A program made the position numbers and the translations under genes. From Shigella phage TB004, in the sequence record MW822011: DNA of 64,000 bases. One strand, given 5' to 3'. The notes beneath the pieces were generated by a model. It was not told the origin of the DNA. It searched no databases and was given only the letters and a program-made list of their open reading frames with translations. Each line of letters opens with the position of its first letter. The stretch's first letter is position 1. Below are positions 19,664 to 29,313 of this stretch, piece after piece.

Positions 19664-20046
19664 AATTCAGCGACTTTTCACAAAGTGGAAAACCTTCAAA
19701 GGCAGATGAATACTTAGGTTTATTAATGGCTGCACAAGCTTATTTTCATTCTGCGCATTTTGAAACTAAAAGTTATGCTAGACACAAAGCATACGATTTT
19801 ATTTTTTCCGAGTTGCCAGATTTGATTGATAAATTTGGCGAGCAATATTTGGGGTATTCTGGTAGAAAATACACACCTTCAATTCCAGATGCCAGTAAAC
19901 TTCCTACCGACACAATTAAAATGATTGATCGCATATTAGACCAATCTAACAGCATTTACAAAGAAATGCCTCCAGCCATTCAAAGCACGATAGATGATAT
20001 TACTGGAATGTTTTACCAGAGTAAGTATCTTCTTTCCCTCGAATAA
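19660..20046 (+). CDS. hypothetical protein (rI.-1 position)
   Basis: 128 aa. Confidence 0.55.
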   Translation: MKFSDFSQSGKPSKADEYLGLLMAAQAYFHSAHFETKSYARHKAYDFIFSELPDLIDKFGEQYLGYSGRKYTPSIPDASKLPTDTIKMIDRILDQSNSIYKEMPPAIQSTIDDITGMFYQSKYLLSLE

Positions 20047-20207
20047 CATTAGTCTCCTTCGGGAGTCCTTTTTTCATTTTGCCAGTTTACTTTCCAAAAT
20101 GAGTATGGTATAATAAAACTATCTTATAGATCGGGAGTCCTTTTTTCATTTTGCCAGTTTACTTTCCAAAATGAGTATGGTATAATAAAACTATCTTATA
20201 GAGGAGA
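20047..20207. repeat. terminator hairpin plus tandemly duplicated 72-bp early-promoter cassette
   Basis: unit TCGGGAGTCCTTTTTTCATTTTGCCAGTTTAC...TATAAT... at 20059-20130 and 20131-20202; identical copy at 63929-64000. Confidence 0.8.
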
Positions 20208-20212
20208 ACATC

Positions 20213-20401
20213 ATGAAAATTGAAGCACTTAATCAAGAAGGAAATATCTACGTTATCATTAATGGTGATTTTTTCGTCGACATGGATGAAGTTACTAGTG
20301 AAGAACTTGTAGAACTTCTTAAGAAACGTTATGATATGTGTGATGAAGCTGCAACTCATATGGCGTGTGCAATATTCTCTCTTTCATATGTGGTGGAATA
20401 A
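20213..20401 (+). CDS. hypothetical small protein
   Basis: 62 aa, GAGGAG RBS. Confidence 0.45.
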   Translation: MKIEALNQEGNIYVIINGDFFVDMDEVTSEELVELLKKRYDMCDEAATHMACAIFSLSYVVE

Positions 20402-20604
20402 TGATTAGTATCGAACAAGCAGATAAAATTAAAGAATTGGTAGCTTTAATTCGCAAAGCAGACGAGGAACTTAGTGACTTTGCTTGGTTTTCGTCAGGCA
20501 TTGCAAATAAAGGTGCTGAAGAACTTGAAGCTAAGGTTGATAATGCCGTAGAAGCTTTAGATATGTTTCTTGATGAAATTATCGATCATAATACGAGAGT
20601 TTAA
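20401..20604 (+). CDS. small helical protein (tandem family)
   Basis: 67 aa, TAATG overlap. Confidence 0.4.
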   Translation: MISIEQADKIKELVALIRKADEELSDFAWFSSGIANKGAEELEAKVDNAVEALDMFLDEIIDHNTRV

Positions 20605-20606
20605 GT

Positions 20607-20801
20607 ATGCTAACACGTGAACAGTTTGAAAAAATCATTAAATTAGCACGTGATGTTGAAATAGATTCATACCAATTGGCAGTTGAGCATTGTGAAGGAT
20701 ATTCATACGATGGTATAGAAGCGGCTAAAAAGGATTTGGATAAATCCAAAGCTAAGTTAGTTCAATATCTTGAAATGATTAGGTGGAATAATGAAAACTG
20801 A
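20607..20801 (+). CDS. small helical protein (tandem family)
   Basis: 64 aa. Confidence 0.4.
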   Translation: MLTREQFEKIIKLARDVEIDSYQLAVEHCEGYSYDGIEAAKKDLDKSKAKLVQYLEMIRWNNEN

Positions 20802-20964
20802 AAAGCAGATGTTTTTAATGAAGCTAATTGAAGAATATGCTAATGCAGTTTCTGACTATGAGTATTCTTCTCGTGAAAGAGGTACAGCTTTCGCAAAGGA
20901 AGAAATGAAAATCATGGTTGATGCTCACACAAAGCTTCAGAATTTTATTGAAAACGTCATTTAA
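20791..20964 (+). CDS. small helical protein (tandem family)
   Basis: 57 aa, below ORF-track cutoff. Confidence 0.35.
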   Translation: MKTEKQMFLMKLIEEYANAVSDYEYSSRERGTAFAKEEMKIMVDAHTKLQNFIENVI

Positions 20965-21128
20965 TGGTTTACAAGTTGGCAAGGTTATGGTATAGTAATC
21001 TTGTCAACTGCCAAGGAGAAGAGAATGAAAATTTTGTTTGTTGTGTATGTGATGATTCAATATAATTACCCAATGTTTACTTATAATCTAGTGAACAACA
21101 TTATTGATATTATTCAAAGGAGTATGTA

Positions 21129-21314
21129 ATGACAAGTGAGCAGGCTTTTAAATTAAGAGAATTAATTGAGATGTATAGTAAAGCTGTTCATACATCAACA
21201 GTTATTGATGAATCAGCTTTCTCTGGATATGCTAACAAGATTAAATACAAAACTCTTATGGAAGAAGCTAAAGTAAATCTTGATTCTTATATTGAAACTT
21301 TAACTGGTGAATAA
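21129..21314 (+). CDS. small helical protein (tandem family)
   Basis: 61 aa, AAAGGAG RBS. Confidence 0.45.
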   Translation: MTSEQAFKLRELIEMYSKAVHTSTVIDESAFSGYANKIKYKTLMEEAKVNLDSYIETLTGE

Positions 21315-21315
21315 C

Positions 21316-21582
21316 ATGAGCTTTCCTAAATTAGAAGTAGGCGATTTAGTTTTAACAAAATTATGGAATGGTGTTCAATCAGTAGAAATCTGCCAATATC
21401 GTGGAGCAACAGGTAATTTGATGTACACGATTTATAATCCAGAAATTTTGTTAGAGTGTCATTTGGAACGCTTTATAAAAGACACCGATAGTATGCCTTA
21501 TAGTGTATCAATTGTACGTAAATCTGATACAAAGGAATATTCTAAAATTTTAGAACAAATTCGTGCCAATAAAAAGGATTAA
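21316..21582 (+). CDS. hypothetical protein
   Basis: 88 aa. Confidence 0.45.
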   Translation: MSFPKLEVGDLVLTKLWNGVQSVEICQYRGATGNLMYTIYNPEILLECHLERFIKDTDSMPYSVSIVRKSDTKEYSKILEQIRANKKD

Positions 21583-21583
21583 T

Positions 21584-22117
21584 ATGAAACGATTAGTATT
21601 AGAAGTTAGTCCGCTTTTTGGTGAATTGGCTATAGAAAAAGTAAATAACATGTATCGTTTGACGCAAGAAGACGATATGCTATATTTTACGCCTAGTGAA
21701 ATCATTCATTTAACCCAAATTGAATATCCTTATACTGATAAAATAGTAAGCATCAATGATGAGCACAAAATTCATTTTTATTCTTCATGCCCAGGATTTA
21801 ATATTAAAAGTGAGTCAATGTGTTTATCAGTTATCCATTGGGATAGTTTTATAGATAAGATTAAATATTTTTATTATTCTAATGAAAGAAAACATAGTTT
21901 AAAATGGCTCAAAAATTGCAATGCTATTATTACTAACGCTTGCAATCAGAATGATGAAACTCTTTTAAATGTATCAAAATGTTATGAAGAAGGAGATGTC
22001 TTAACTATTCGTCAAATTGACGATTTTCGATCACATATTGTCACATTTACCAAAGACGAAGCTATTGCGCTAAAGACTTATCTTGATTCTGTCATTCCAA
22101 CTATGATTTCAAAGTGA
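21584..22117 (+). CDS. hypothetical protein, paralog A
   Basis: 177 aa; C-terminus ...ALKTYLDSVIPTMISK resembles next ORF. Confidence 0.5.
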   Translation: MKRLVLEVSPLFGELAIEKVNNMYRLTQEDDMLYFTPSEIIHLTQIEYPYTDKIVSINDEHKIHFYSSCPGFNIKSESMCLSVIHWDSFIDKIKYFYYSNERKHSLKWLKNCNAIITNACNQNDETLLNVSKCYEEGDVLTIRQIDDFRSHIVTFTKDEAIALKTYLDSVIPTMISK

Positions 22118-22123
22118 GGAAAT

Positions 22124-22645
22124 ATGTTTATTTCAAGTGAAAGTGGTTTAATTCGTGTTGAATTTAAAAATGACATCTTCCTTATTCAAGGAGATGATAT
22201 TATTAAAATGAGTTATGATGAAATCAAGAAAATTTGTCATGCTCTTGAAAGTCATGGAAAAGTAAATGCTACTATCAATATAGGTGATTTATGGGTGACA
22301 CTTTATGAAGTATCCGAAGGATTTAACATTGAAGATGAAAACAACATCTTAGCTATTGATAAAAGAAGTGATTTGTTTGATGTATTAAAAGTTTATGAAC
22401 AGTCAAACGGTGGAAGAAAAGCTGTATTGATTTATCAAAAACCACATTCATGTGGAACTGCTTCAATCATTTCAAATATTGAAGATGAAACTGATACTTA
22501 TATGTGTGTTTTAAAAGCTGGTGGTGACCATCATCCAGATTTTATTTCTATTCGTCAAAACAATGGAGAAATTTCATTATCAAAATCAGAAGCTGAAGCT
22601 ATGATTAAGTATTTAACAACTGTTACACCTTCAATGAAAGGATAA
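22124..22645 (+). CDS. hypothetical protein, paralog B
   Basis: 173 aa; C-terminus ...AMIKYLTTVTPSMKG. Confidence 0.5.
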   Translation: MFISSESGLIRVEFKNDIFLIQGDDIIKMSYDEIKKICHALESHGKVNATINIGDLWVTLYEVSEGFNIEDENNILAIDKRSDLFDVLKVYEQSNGGRKAVLIYQKPHSCGTASIISNIEDETDTYMCVLKAGGDHHPDFISIRQNNGEISLSKSEAEAMIKYLTTVTPSMKG

Positions 22646-22647
22646 TT

Positions 22648-23109
22648 ATGATTATTAATGAAAGCTCTTGGCACTATAAATTATTCAAAATGTTTAATGA
22701 TGAATGGAAACGACCTAAGACATTGTGCGCGTATTTTTGGTCTATTGTCATTCCTACATTCTTCGCTTCTTTTTTCGGATGTACTATACTCGCAGGTCTA
22801 ACTATCATCTGCGCAGAAATCATGCAGAAATGGCTTATTTTTGGTAGTTTATGGACTCTTATTCCATCAGCATTTATACTTGCTATTTTGCTTGTTTTAC
22901 TTATTATTGGTTCATTTGTTATTCCTGCACAACTGCGTGAAAAATATAAAGATTATAAATGGAAAAAGGATTATGCTTTACATGTAGAAAATATTGATAG
23001 GGCGTATAAAGGTTTACCTCCTATTCAACCCAAGAAATCTATTATCGTCGAATTTTTAAAAACGCGTAAAGCTAAAGTATGTCCTGTTATTGAATATAAG
23101 GTTGAATAA
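22648..23109 (+). CDS. membrane protein
   Basis: 153 aa, two to three TM helices. Confidence 0.5.
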   Translation: MIINESSWHYKLFKMFNDEWKRPKTLCAYFWSIVIPTFFASFFGCTILAGLTIICAEIMQKWLIFGSLWTLIPSAFILAILLVLLIIGSFVIPAQLREKYKDYKWKKDYALHVENIDRAYKGLPPIQPKKSIIVEFLKTRKAKVCPVIEYKVE

Positions 23110-24119
23110 TGAAAACTGTAGTTAAGTCTTATTTTGGTAGTCATCTTTATGGAACTTCTACTCCAGAATCTGATGTAGATTTTAAAGAAATCTTTGTTCC
23201 TCCTGCTCGTGATATTCTTATTGGAAATGTTAAAGAGCATATGAGCAAAAACACTAACAACACATCATCTAAAAATACTAAAGATGATATTGACCATGAA
23301 CTATACAGTCTTAAGTATTTCTTTAAATTAGCAGAAGATGGTGAAACCGTAGCATTGGATATGCTCCACACTCCACCTGAACTGGTAGTTAAATCTGATT
23401 TGCCTGATGTATGGAAGTTTATTCAAGACAATCGTTCTCGTTTTTATACGACTAACATGAAATCCTATTTAGGATATGTCCGCAAGCAAGCTTCTAAATA
23501 TGGTGTTAAGGGTTCTCGTTTGGCCGCATTGCGTGATGTATTGAAAGTAGTTAATCAAATCCCCGATCAGTGGGTTGATTACCGAGAAGACGGTTCCATT
23601 AAGCAGCGCCGCACTAAAGTTGAAGATATTAAGCATCGTCTTCCAGAAAACGAGTTCTGTGAATGGGTGTTTCATAATCATGAGAAAACAGGCCCGCAAA
23701 CGTTCTACACTGTGTTGGGTCGTAAATATCAGACAACACTTTCTCTTATTGAGCTTAAGCAGTCTTTGAATAAACTTGATGCCGAATACGGTGAACGTGC
23801 TCGTAAGGCTGAAGCGAATGAGGGCATTGACTGGAAAGCTCTGAGTCATGCTTGTCGTGGTGGACTCCAATTGTTGGAAATTTACAAAACTGGTGACTTG
23901 GTCTATCCACTTCAAGATGCTCCATTTATTCTCGACGTGAAGCTGGGTAAGCATCCATTTAAAACTGTTCAAGAGTTTTTGGAAGATGTGGTCGATCAAG
24001 TAGAAGCAGCATCCATTGAAGCTTCTAAGAACGGTATGCAGCAAAAAGTAGACATGGGTTTCTGGGATGACTTCCTTGAGAGGGTTTATCTTGAAAACCA
24101 TCGAAGTTATTATAAATGA
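23109..24119 (+). CDS. nucleotidyltransferase (Pol-beta superfamily) domain protein
   Basis: N-terminal motif GSHLYGTSTPESDVDF (GS-x9-D-x-D). Confidence 0.55.
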   Translation: MKTVVKSYFGSHLYGTSTPESDVDFKEIFVPPARDILIGNVKEHMSKNTNNTSSKNTKDDIDHELYSLKYFFKLAEDGETVALDMLHTPPELVVKSDLPDVWKFIQDNRSRFYTTNMKSYLGYVRKQASKYGVKGSRLAALRDVLKVVNQIPDQWVDYREDGSIKQRRTKVEDIKHRLPENEFCEWVFHNHEKTGPQTFYTVLGRKYQTTLSLIELKQSLNKLDAEYGERARKAEANEGIDWKALSHACRGGLQLLEIYKTGDLVYPLQDAPFILDVKLGKHPFKTVQEFLEDVVDQVEAASIEASKNGMQQKVDMGFWDDFLERVYLENHRSYYK

Positions 24120-24121
24120 TA

Positions 24122-24146
24122 GGGAGCCTTCGGGCTCCCTTTTTTT
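24122..24146 (+). terminator. rho-independent terminator
   Basis: GGGAGCC-TTCG-GGCTCCC hairpin followed by T7. Confidence 0.7.
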
Positions 24147-24200
24147 ATTTCTTATGGTACTATACAACTATCAACTACTGATACAGATTTGGAGAATAAA

Positions 24201-25169
24201 ATGAAAACTGTAACTATCAATAAGGGTATCTACTTCGGTAAAGAAATCTCTGGAACTTTTGAGCTCTTAGGCGAATGGTTCCCAGATAATGCTCCGGTAG
24301 ATGCACAAGGAGATGGTAAAGTTTTTGTTGAAATTGACGGTAAACGTCGCGGTGTTTGGGTTTACAAATCAGATATTTCATATGATGGTGTAAAAGTTGA
24401 AGAAGTTAAAGAATCGTATGAAGATATGAAAATCCGCATTAATAAAAGATTTAATGTTATGGGAATGATGACGAATGGTATTATTAACGGAAATATTCGT
24501 TCATTAATTATCTCTGGCGCAGCAGGTATTGGTAAAACGTATTCTTTAGATAAAGCTTTAAATAAAGCAAATGATAATGAATACATTGAATATAAAAGCA
24601 TTAATGGTAAAATCTCTGGTATTGGTCTTTATGAGCAGCTTTGGAATAATCGTGAAGAGAATTCTGTCCTTTTGATTGATGATGTGGATGTTTTCTCTGA
24701 TATGGACATTCTTAATCTTCTAAAAGCTGCTCTGGACACTGGAGAGACCCGTAAAGTCTGCTGGAGCACTGCATCTTCTTACTTAGAAGAAAAAGGCATT
24801 GACCGTGAGTTTGAATTTAAAGGAACGATTGTTTTTATCACAAACGTTGACATTGACCGCGAATTAGACCGTGGTACTAAACTTGCCCCACACTTACAAG
24901 CATTAGTGTCCCGCTCGGTTTATTTGGATTTGGGTGTTCACACTAATGAAGAAATTATGGTCAGGGTTGAAGATGTTATTCTTTCAACTGACATGATGCA
25001 AAAGCGCGGTCTTTCTGATGAAGAAACTTATAAAGCATTATCATGGATGAAAGTTAATGTTAATCGTTTACGTAATGTTTCACTGCGTACTGCACTTTAT
25101 CTTGCTGACTTTATTATGACCGACAAAAACCATTGGGAAGAAATTGCTGAAACGGTATTATTAAAATGA
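24201..25169 (+). CDS. AAA+/P-loop ATPase
   Basis: Walker A GAAGIGKT and Walker B LLIDDVD; 322 aa. Confidence 0.55.
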   Translation: MKTVTINKGIYFGKEISGTFELLGEWFPDNAPVDAQGDGKVFVEIDGKRRGVWVYKSDISYDGVKVEEVKESYEDMKIRINKRFNVMGMMTNGIINGNIRSLIISGAAGIGKTYSLDKALNKANDNEYIEYKSINGKISGIGLYEQLWNNREENSVLLIDDVDVFSDMDILNLLKAALDTGETRKVCWSTASSYLEEKGIDREFEFKGTIVFITNVDIDRELDRGTKLAPHLQALVSRSVYLDLGVHTNEEIMVRVEDVILSTDMMQKRGLSDEETYKALSWMKVNVNRLRNVSLRTALYLADFIMTDKNHWEEIAETVLLK

Positions 25170-25885
25170 AAAAATATTTTACTATCTATAAAACTGAAAT
25201 ATTAAATTTAAAGACAGGTATTAAGAAATACTATTATGGTCGACATATAACTAATAACATCAATGATTCGTATGTTGGTAGTGGAAATTATATAGAACGT
25301 GTAAAAGTGTCAAATAACCACATATTATCAAAAACGGTTTTAGAAGTTTTTGATAATTATGATAAAATGGTACAAGCTGAAATATTATATATCATGGCAG
25401 GTAAATTGAAATATGGAAAAAACTGTGTTAACCTGTCATACGGGGGTGAAGGAGGAAAGGTTGCAGATGAAACTAGGATAAAATGCAAAAAGCATTCTAT
25501 AAATTTATGGAAAAATCCTAATCATATACAGCATATGAAGAAAAAGATGAAAGAGGTCACATCCACGCCGGAAGCTAAATTAAACACTTCAATAAAAACT
25601 TCGCAACGATATAAGGACCCAGTTTTTGTTAGAAAAGTTAGTAATATTATTAAAAAGAAACTAAGCAATCCTGTAGTAAAAGAAAAGCATATTAATGGAA
25701 TTAAAGCTGCAAAGCGTTCTCATTTAACTATATGGCAGTATGAAGATGAATTATTCGAGCTTTGGAAAGAAACTAAATATGGATGGAGAAAATTTACAAA
25801 GGAAGCTATAAAACACGGGTATCCAAATGAACCGTATCGTAGTATGGTATCAACTTTTCAGAAAAGACATTTAGAAGAATCCTAA
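25166..25885 (+). mobile_element. GIY-YIG (Seg-like) free-standing homing endonuclease gene
   Basis: N-terminal GIY-YIG-like motif (TIYK...YYYG...YVGSG) and Lys-rich NUMOD-like repeats. Confidence 0.55.
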
Positions 25886-25964
25886 GACAAAAAGGCAGTT
25901 CAGAAATAGATTATATGGACTGCCATCAAAAAGATGACTAGAATTAAACTGGTAAACGGAGGTA

Positions 25965-26270
25965 GTGATGTTATACTCAAAGGCTCGTGAAATTTACGAA
26001 ACTAAGATTAAAGAAGCTGTATTTCAGTTCGCAACGACAATGCGATGGACAAATGATTGGGAGTATTCAAAAAATCATAAGAAGCCCATGGTGACAAGAA
26101 AGGCTCATATGTTAGTGTTAATAGACCGTGAGCAGATTAAAGCCCGAGAAGCCCTCCAGAATCATAAAAAGGCTGCCTTTGAATGGTTTATGGATAACAC
26201 TGCTCCTAAGACTAAGAAAGCAGTGAGCGCATGGTTCAGTGGAAAAAATTGTGAAAGAAGTTTCTTTTAG
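25965..26270 (+). CDS. hypothetical protein
   Basis: 101 aa, GGAGG RBS. Confidence 0.45.
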   Translation: MMLYSKAREIYETKIKEAVFQFATTMRWTNDWEYSKNHKKPMVTRKAHMLVLIDREQIKAREALQNHKKAAFEWFMDNTAPKTKKAVSAWFSGKNCERSFF

Positions 26271-26330
26271 TGGTTTACAAGACTGTTCCTCTGTGGTACT
26301 ATACAACTATCAACTACGGAGGAACAGAAA

Positions 26331-26858
26331 ATGAACGCTAAAGATATTTTCAACTTGGTAAATTACAACGATGGTAAATTTAAATCTGAAGCACAAAGCA
26401 AGTTCTTTAACGACATCTCAATCGGAGGTGAAATCACTGTTGATGGAGGACAAATTTACAAATCCCGTTGGAATTGGATCGTTATTATTGATGAGATTGG
26501 TATTGTAGAAATTTACAAAAATACGAATAAAAATCGTACATTACACTGGTCTCGTGATACTAACGAACAGTACAAAAAGAATAAAGCATCTAAATTATCT
26601 CGTGTAACTCAAGAAGATATTGAGTTCATCAAGAAAGATATTTTAATGTATGATAACTTAATTGCTGAAGAGCAAGCTGTTATTGATAAATTTGATGAGA
26701 TTAAAGCTTCTCGTGAAATTCCTGATTTTATGAAAGAATCAGTAAATGAACGATACACTCTCATTTCAGAGCGTATTGAAACTTACAAAAAGCAAAGAGC
26801 TGAACGCCAAAATACTCTTCGGAAGTTTGAAGAACGGTTAAAGACGGTACTCGCATAA
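26331..26858 (+). CDS. hypothetical protein
   Basis: 175 aa, early promoter at 26270-26300. Confidence 0.5.
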   Translation: MNAKDIFNLVNYNDGKFKSEAQSKFFNDISIGGEITVDGGQIYKSRWNWIVIIDEIGIVEIYKNTNKNRTLHWSRDTNEQYKKNKASKLSRVTQEDIEFIKKDILMYDNLIAEEQAVIDKFDEIKASREIPDFMKESVNERYTLISERIETYKKQRAERQNTLRKFEERLKTVLA

Positions 26859-26913
26859 CCGCTTTATACCAAGGATGGTATAATGGTTCTAAGCCCTTTT
26901 AATTGAGATTATT

Positions 26914-27321
26914 ATGAAACAGTTGATAATTAAAAGATTGAATTTATTGATATGTTGTTTATGTGTAGTAGTTGCATACGGTTATTACGCAATTAATGAT
27001 TATATGCATTATAAAGATTATGATGTTACTGTAGTTAATACCATTACAGGAACACAAGGAAAAGGGTCTAGTTTATCGTTTATTGCCGTATATGAACTCA
27101 AAGACGGTTATAGATTTAGTGAATATATTTCCCCAGAGATGTATTCTTCAATAGAAAAAGGTGATAATATTACTGTAAGTTTACGTCCTTTCGACGTAAA
27201 ACAGACACTGTTTGATAATATTGTTTGGTTCTTTGGAATGGTATTAGTTCAATCTGTGCGTGGTGCTTATGTAGTCTGTTCAATCATATTCTGTGTATTT
27301 AGCAAAATTGAAATTGAGTGA
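26914..27321 (+). CDS. membrane protein
   Basis: 135 aa, N- and C-terminal TM segments. Confidence 0.45.
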   Translation: MKQLIIKRLNLLICCLCVVVAYGYYAINDYMHYKDYDVTVVNTITGTQGKGSSLSFIAVYELKDGYRFSEYISPEMYSSIEKGDNITVSLRPFDVKQTLFDNIVWFFGMVLVQSVRGAYVVCSIIFCVFSKIEIE

Positions 27322-27328
27322 GGAAAAT

Positions 27329-28219
27329 ATGTCAGTAGTAATTAATAATGTCAATGCAGTAATTAAATCTTTAGTTAATAAAAAAATGATGAATGAATGG
27401 ACTGTATTTCGCAGTGCAGAGCCAGATAAATTTTTTCATAGATTTAACCCAACTTTGGATTTGAATGTTATCGACAAAGATGTTCATGCAGAAATTTTAG
27501 ATAAGTTTAAAGTTGATATTGGATTTGGATTAGAAAAACATCTACAGCGAACAAATGGGTCTGGAATGAGTTTATCTAATCGCATTATGAAAGCCCTTAA
27601 TAAAATTGGAGCGTTGTCTCGTATTAATGCGAGTGAAATTCTTCGTAATTATAATAAAGGATATGACCTTTATGGTCGACTAATGCCAAAATTATCATTC
27701 GATCAAATGATTGCGGATTTGTGGGAAAATCAACGACGATTATTAGCATTGGGCGCTCGATTAGCTAAAGGTCTAGATAAACAAATGATTTTTAAGACCA
27801 ATAACACAGAAGACCTTAAATGCTTTAAATTTAGTATTCGTGGAGATGATTATTACATCAGAGCTCACTCTACAGATTATGTTAATATGGGGCATCATCT
27901 CTGTTTAGCTTTTGAAGTTTTAAAAGAAGCTGGAACATTAGAATATTCATCTGGTGCAAAATGCCCTATTGGTTCAAGTTGTATTTTAATTTATCGCCCG
28001 AATGAATCCAGTTCAACTACATTGCCTACAAAACCTGTACCAGTTCGTAGTAACGAAAAACATTCTGAACAAATTGATTATTTTAATAAACAGATTGAAG
28101 AGCTGAATATTTCTATTCAACAATATGATGATGAAATTTTCAGACTATCTGGATTGAGTAGTAAAGCTAAATCTGAGCGTGAAAAGTTAATTAAAATTGT
28201 TGATTTACTTAAATCTTAA
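27329..28219 (+). CDS. tandem paralog 1, C-terminal coiled coil
   Basis: 296 aa; GAGGA RBS. Confidence 0.5.
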   Translation: MSVVINNVNAVIKSLVNKKMMNEWTVFRSAEPDKFFHRFNPTLDLNVIDKDVHAEILDKFKVDIGFGLEKHLQRTNGSGMSLSNRIMKALNKIGALSRINASEILRNYNKGYDLYGRLMPKLSFDQMIADLWENQRRLLALGARLAKGLDKQMIFKTNNTEDLKCFKFSIRGDDYYIRAHSTDYVNMGHHLCLAFEVLKEAGTLEYSSGAKCPIGSSCILIYRPNESSSTTLPTKPVPVRSNEKHSEQIDYFNKQIEELNISIQQYDDEIFRLSGLSSKAKSEREKLIKIVDLLKS

Positions 28220-28227
28220 GGAACACC

Positions 28228-29256
28228 ATGAAAACTCGTTCTCAAATTGAAGATATGGTTCGTAATGCCAGCTATACTCGTGATGTTATGACATTTTTAT
28301 GTGAAAATAATTTAGACCCTGATAAAGTTAATCGTGTTATTCATCACTTTAAGTATACGAATAGCAGTGAATGGATGCGTAATTTTAGTAAAGCGGGGTA
28401 TATTACACAAATGACTGCTCGTGAGCAGCTCACCGATTTCTGTAAAACTATTGATTATAAAAATCCTCTATTTGTTCAAGGCGTTGGTCAAAGTAAGGTC
28501 GATTTATCATCTGGATTTTTCAATCCAAATCATTATCGTATTGAATGGAGATTTATTGCTCTGTTCCGTAGACAATTAAAGCAAATTTTATCAACTGCGA
28601 GTCGATTAAAAGGTTCTGATATTAACTTAAAGAATCTGAAATTTGATGGTTATACTCTTCAGATGGAAGTAAGACCATTAAAAGAAAATAATAGAACTGC
28701 ACGAATTAGCTTTAAACCTAACACAAAAAATTCTCTTTCAATTTGCGAGTGCCTTAAATCGCAGTTGACAGAAGCATTTAAGTATATGGACGTTGTTGCC
28801 GCTGTTCAGTCTAAGATTTTACCTCGTTTTGAGCGATTTAAATTAGACACAACAACATATGAACTTGATATGATCGTTTCATTTAAATACGATTTTTTGA
28901 GAAAGGACGAAGTCCCACAAGAGAAAAAGCAAGAAGTACAAGATAACTTAAATTTAAATTTATCCAATTACTCATCAAACGATCCTAAATTTTGGATGTA
29001 TAGGTCAAGCAATATAGATGCATGTAAACTTAATAAAGTGAGTTTTCTTCCTACTGAAAATTCAAATTTTAAACCTGTAGAAAAATGGCACGCTGACGCG
29101 ATTGAGAAGTCTCTTAAGGCAGTAGATGATGAACTCGTTAAAGCGACCAATGAAGTGCTAGAAGCTGAAAAGGTGTTAGAACAAGCTCAGTCAAGGGTTC
29201 AAAATCTGACAAAGCAACGTTCTAAACTGAACAATGCACTAAATGCACTGAACTAG
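28228..29256 (+). CDS. tandem paralog 2, C-terminal coiled coil
   Basis: 342 aa; N-terminus MKTR as in paralog 4. Confidence 0.5.
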   Translation: MKTRSQIEDMVRNASYTRDVMTFLCENNLDPDKVNRVIHHFKYTNSSEWMRNFSKAGYITQMTAREQLTDFCKTIDYKNPLFVQGVGQSKVDLSSGFFNPNHYRIEWRFIALFRRQLKQILSTASRLKGSDINLKNLKFDGYTLQMEVRPLKENNRTARISFKPNTKNSLSICECLKSQLTEAFKYMDVVAAVQSKILPRFERFKLDTTTYELDMIVSFKYDFLRKDEVPQEKKQEVQDNLNLNLSNYSSNDPKFWMYRSSNIDACKLNKVSFLPTENSNFKPVEKWHADAIEKSLKAVDDELVKATNEVLEAEKVLEQAQSRVQNLTKQRSKLNNALNALN

Positions 29257-29313
29257 TTTACTTTGCCACAAGGATGTGGTATAATGTTCTTACTTTCTAC
29301 TGAGGAGATTAAT

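Noticed and set aside
20047-20207. Possible CRISPR-like array from direct repeats
   Set aside because: Only two tandem 72-bp units with no unique spacers; the units contain promoter elements, so this is a promoter duplication.
23469-24167. 232-aa minus-strand ORF
   Set aside because: Lies entirely antisense to the + strand nucleotidyltransferase gene, which has a clear catalytic motif and RBS; no RBS of its own; likely a chance ORF in AT-rich DNA.
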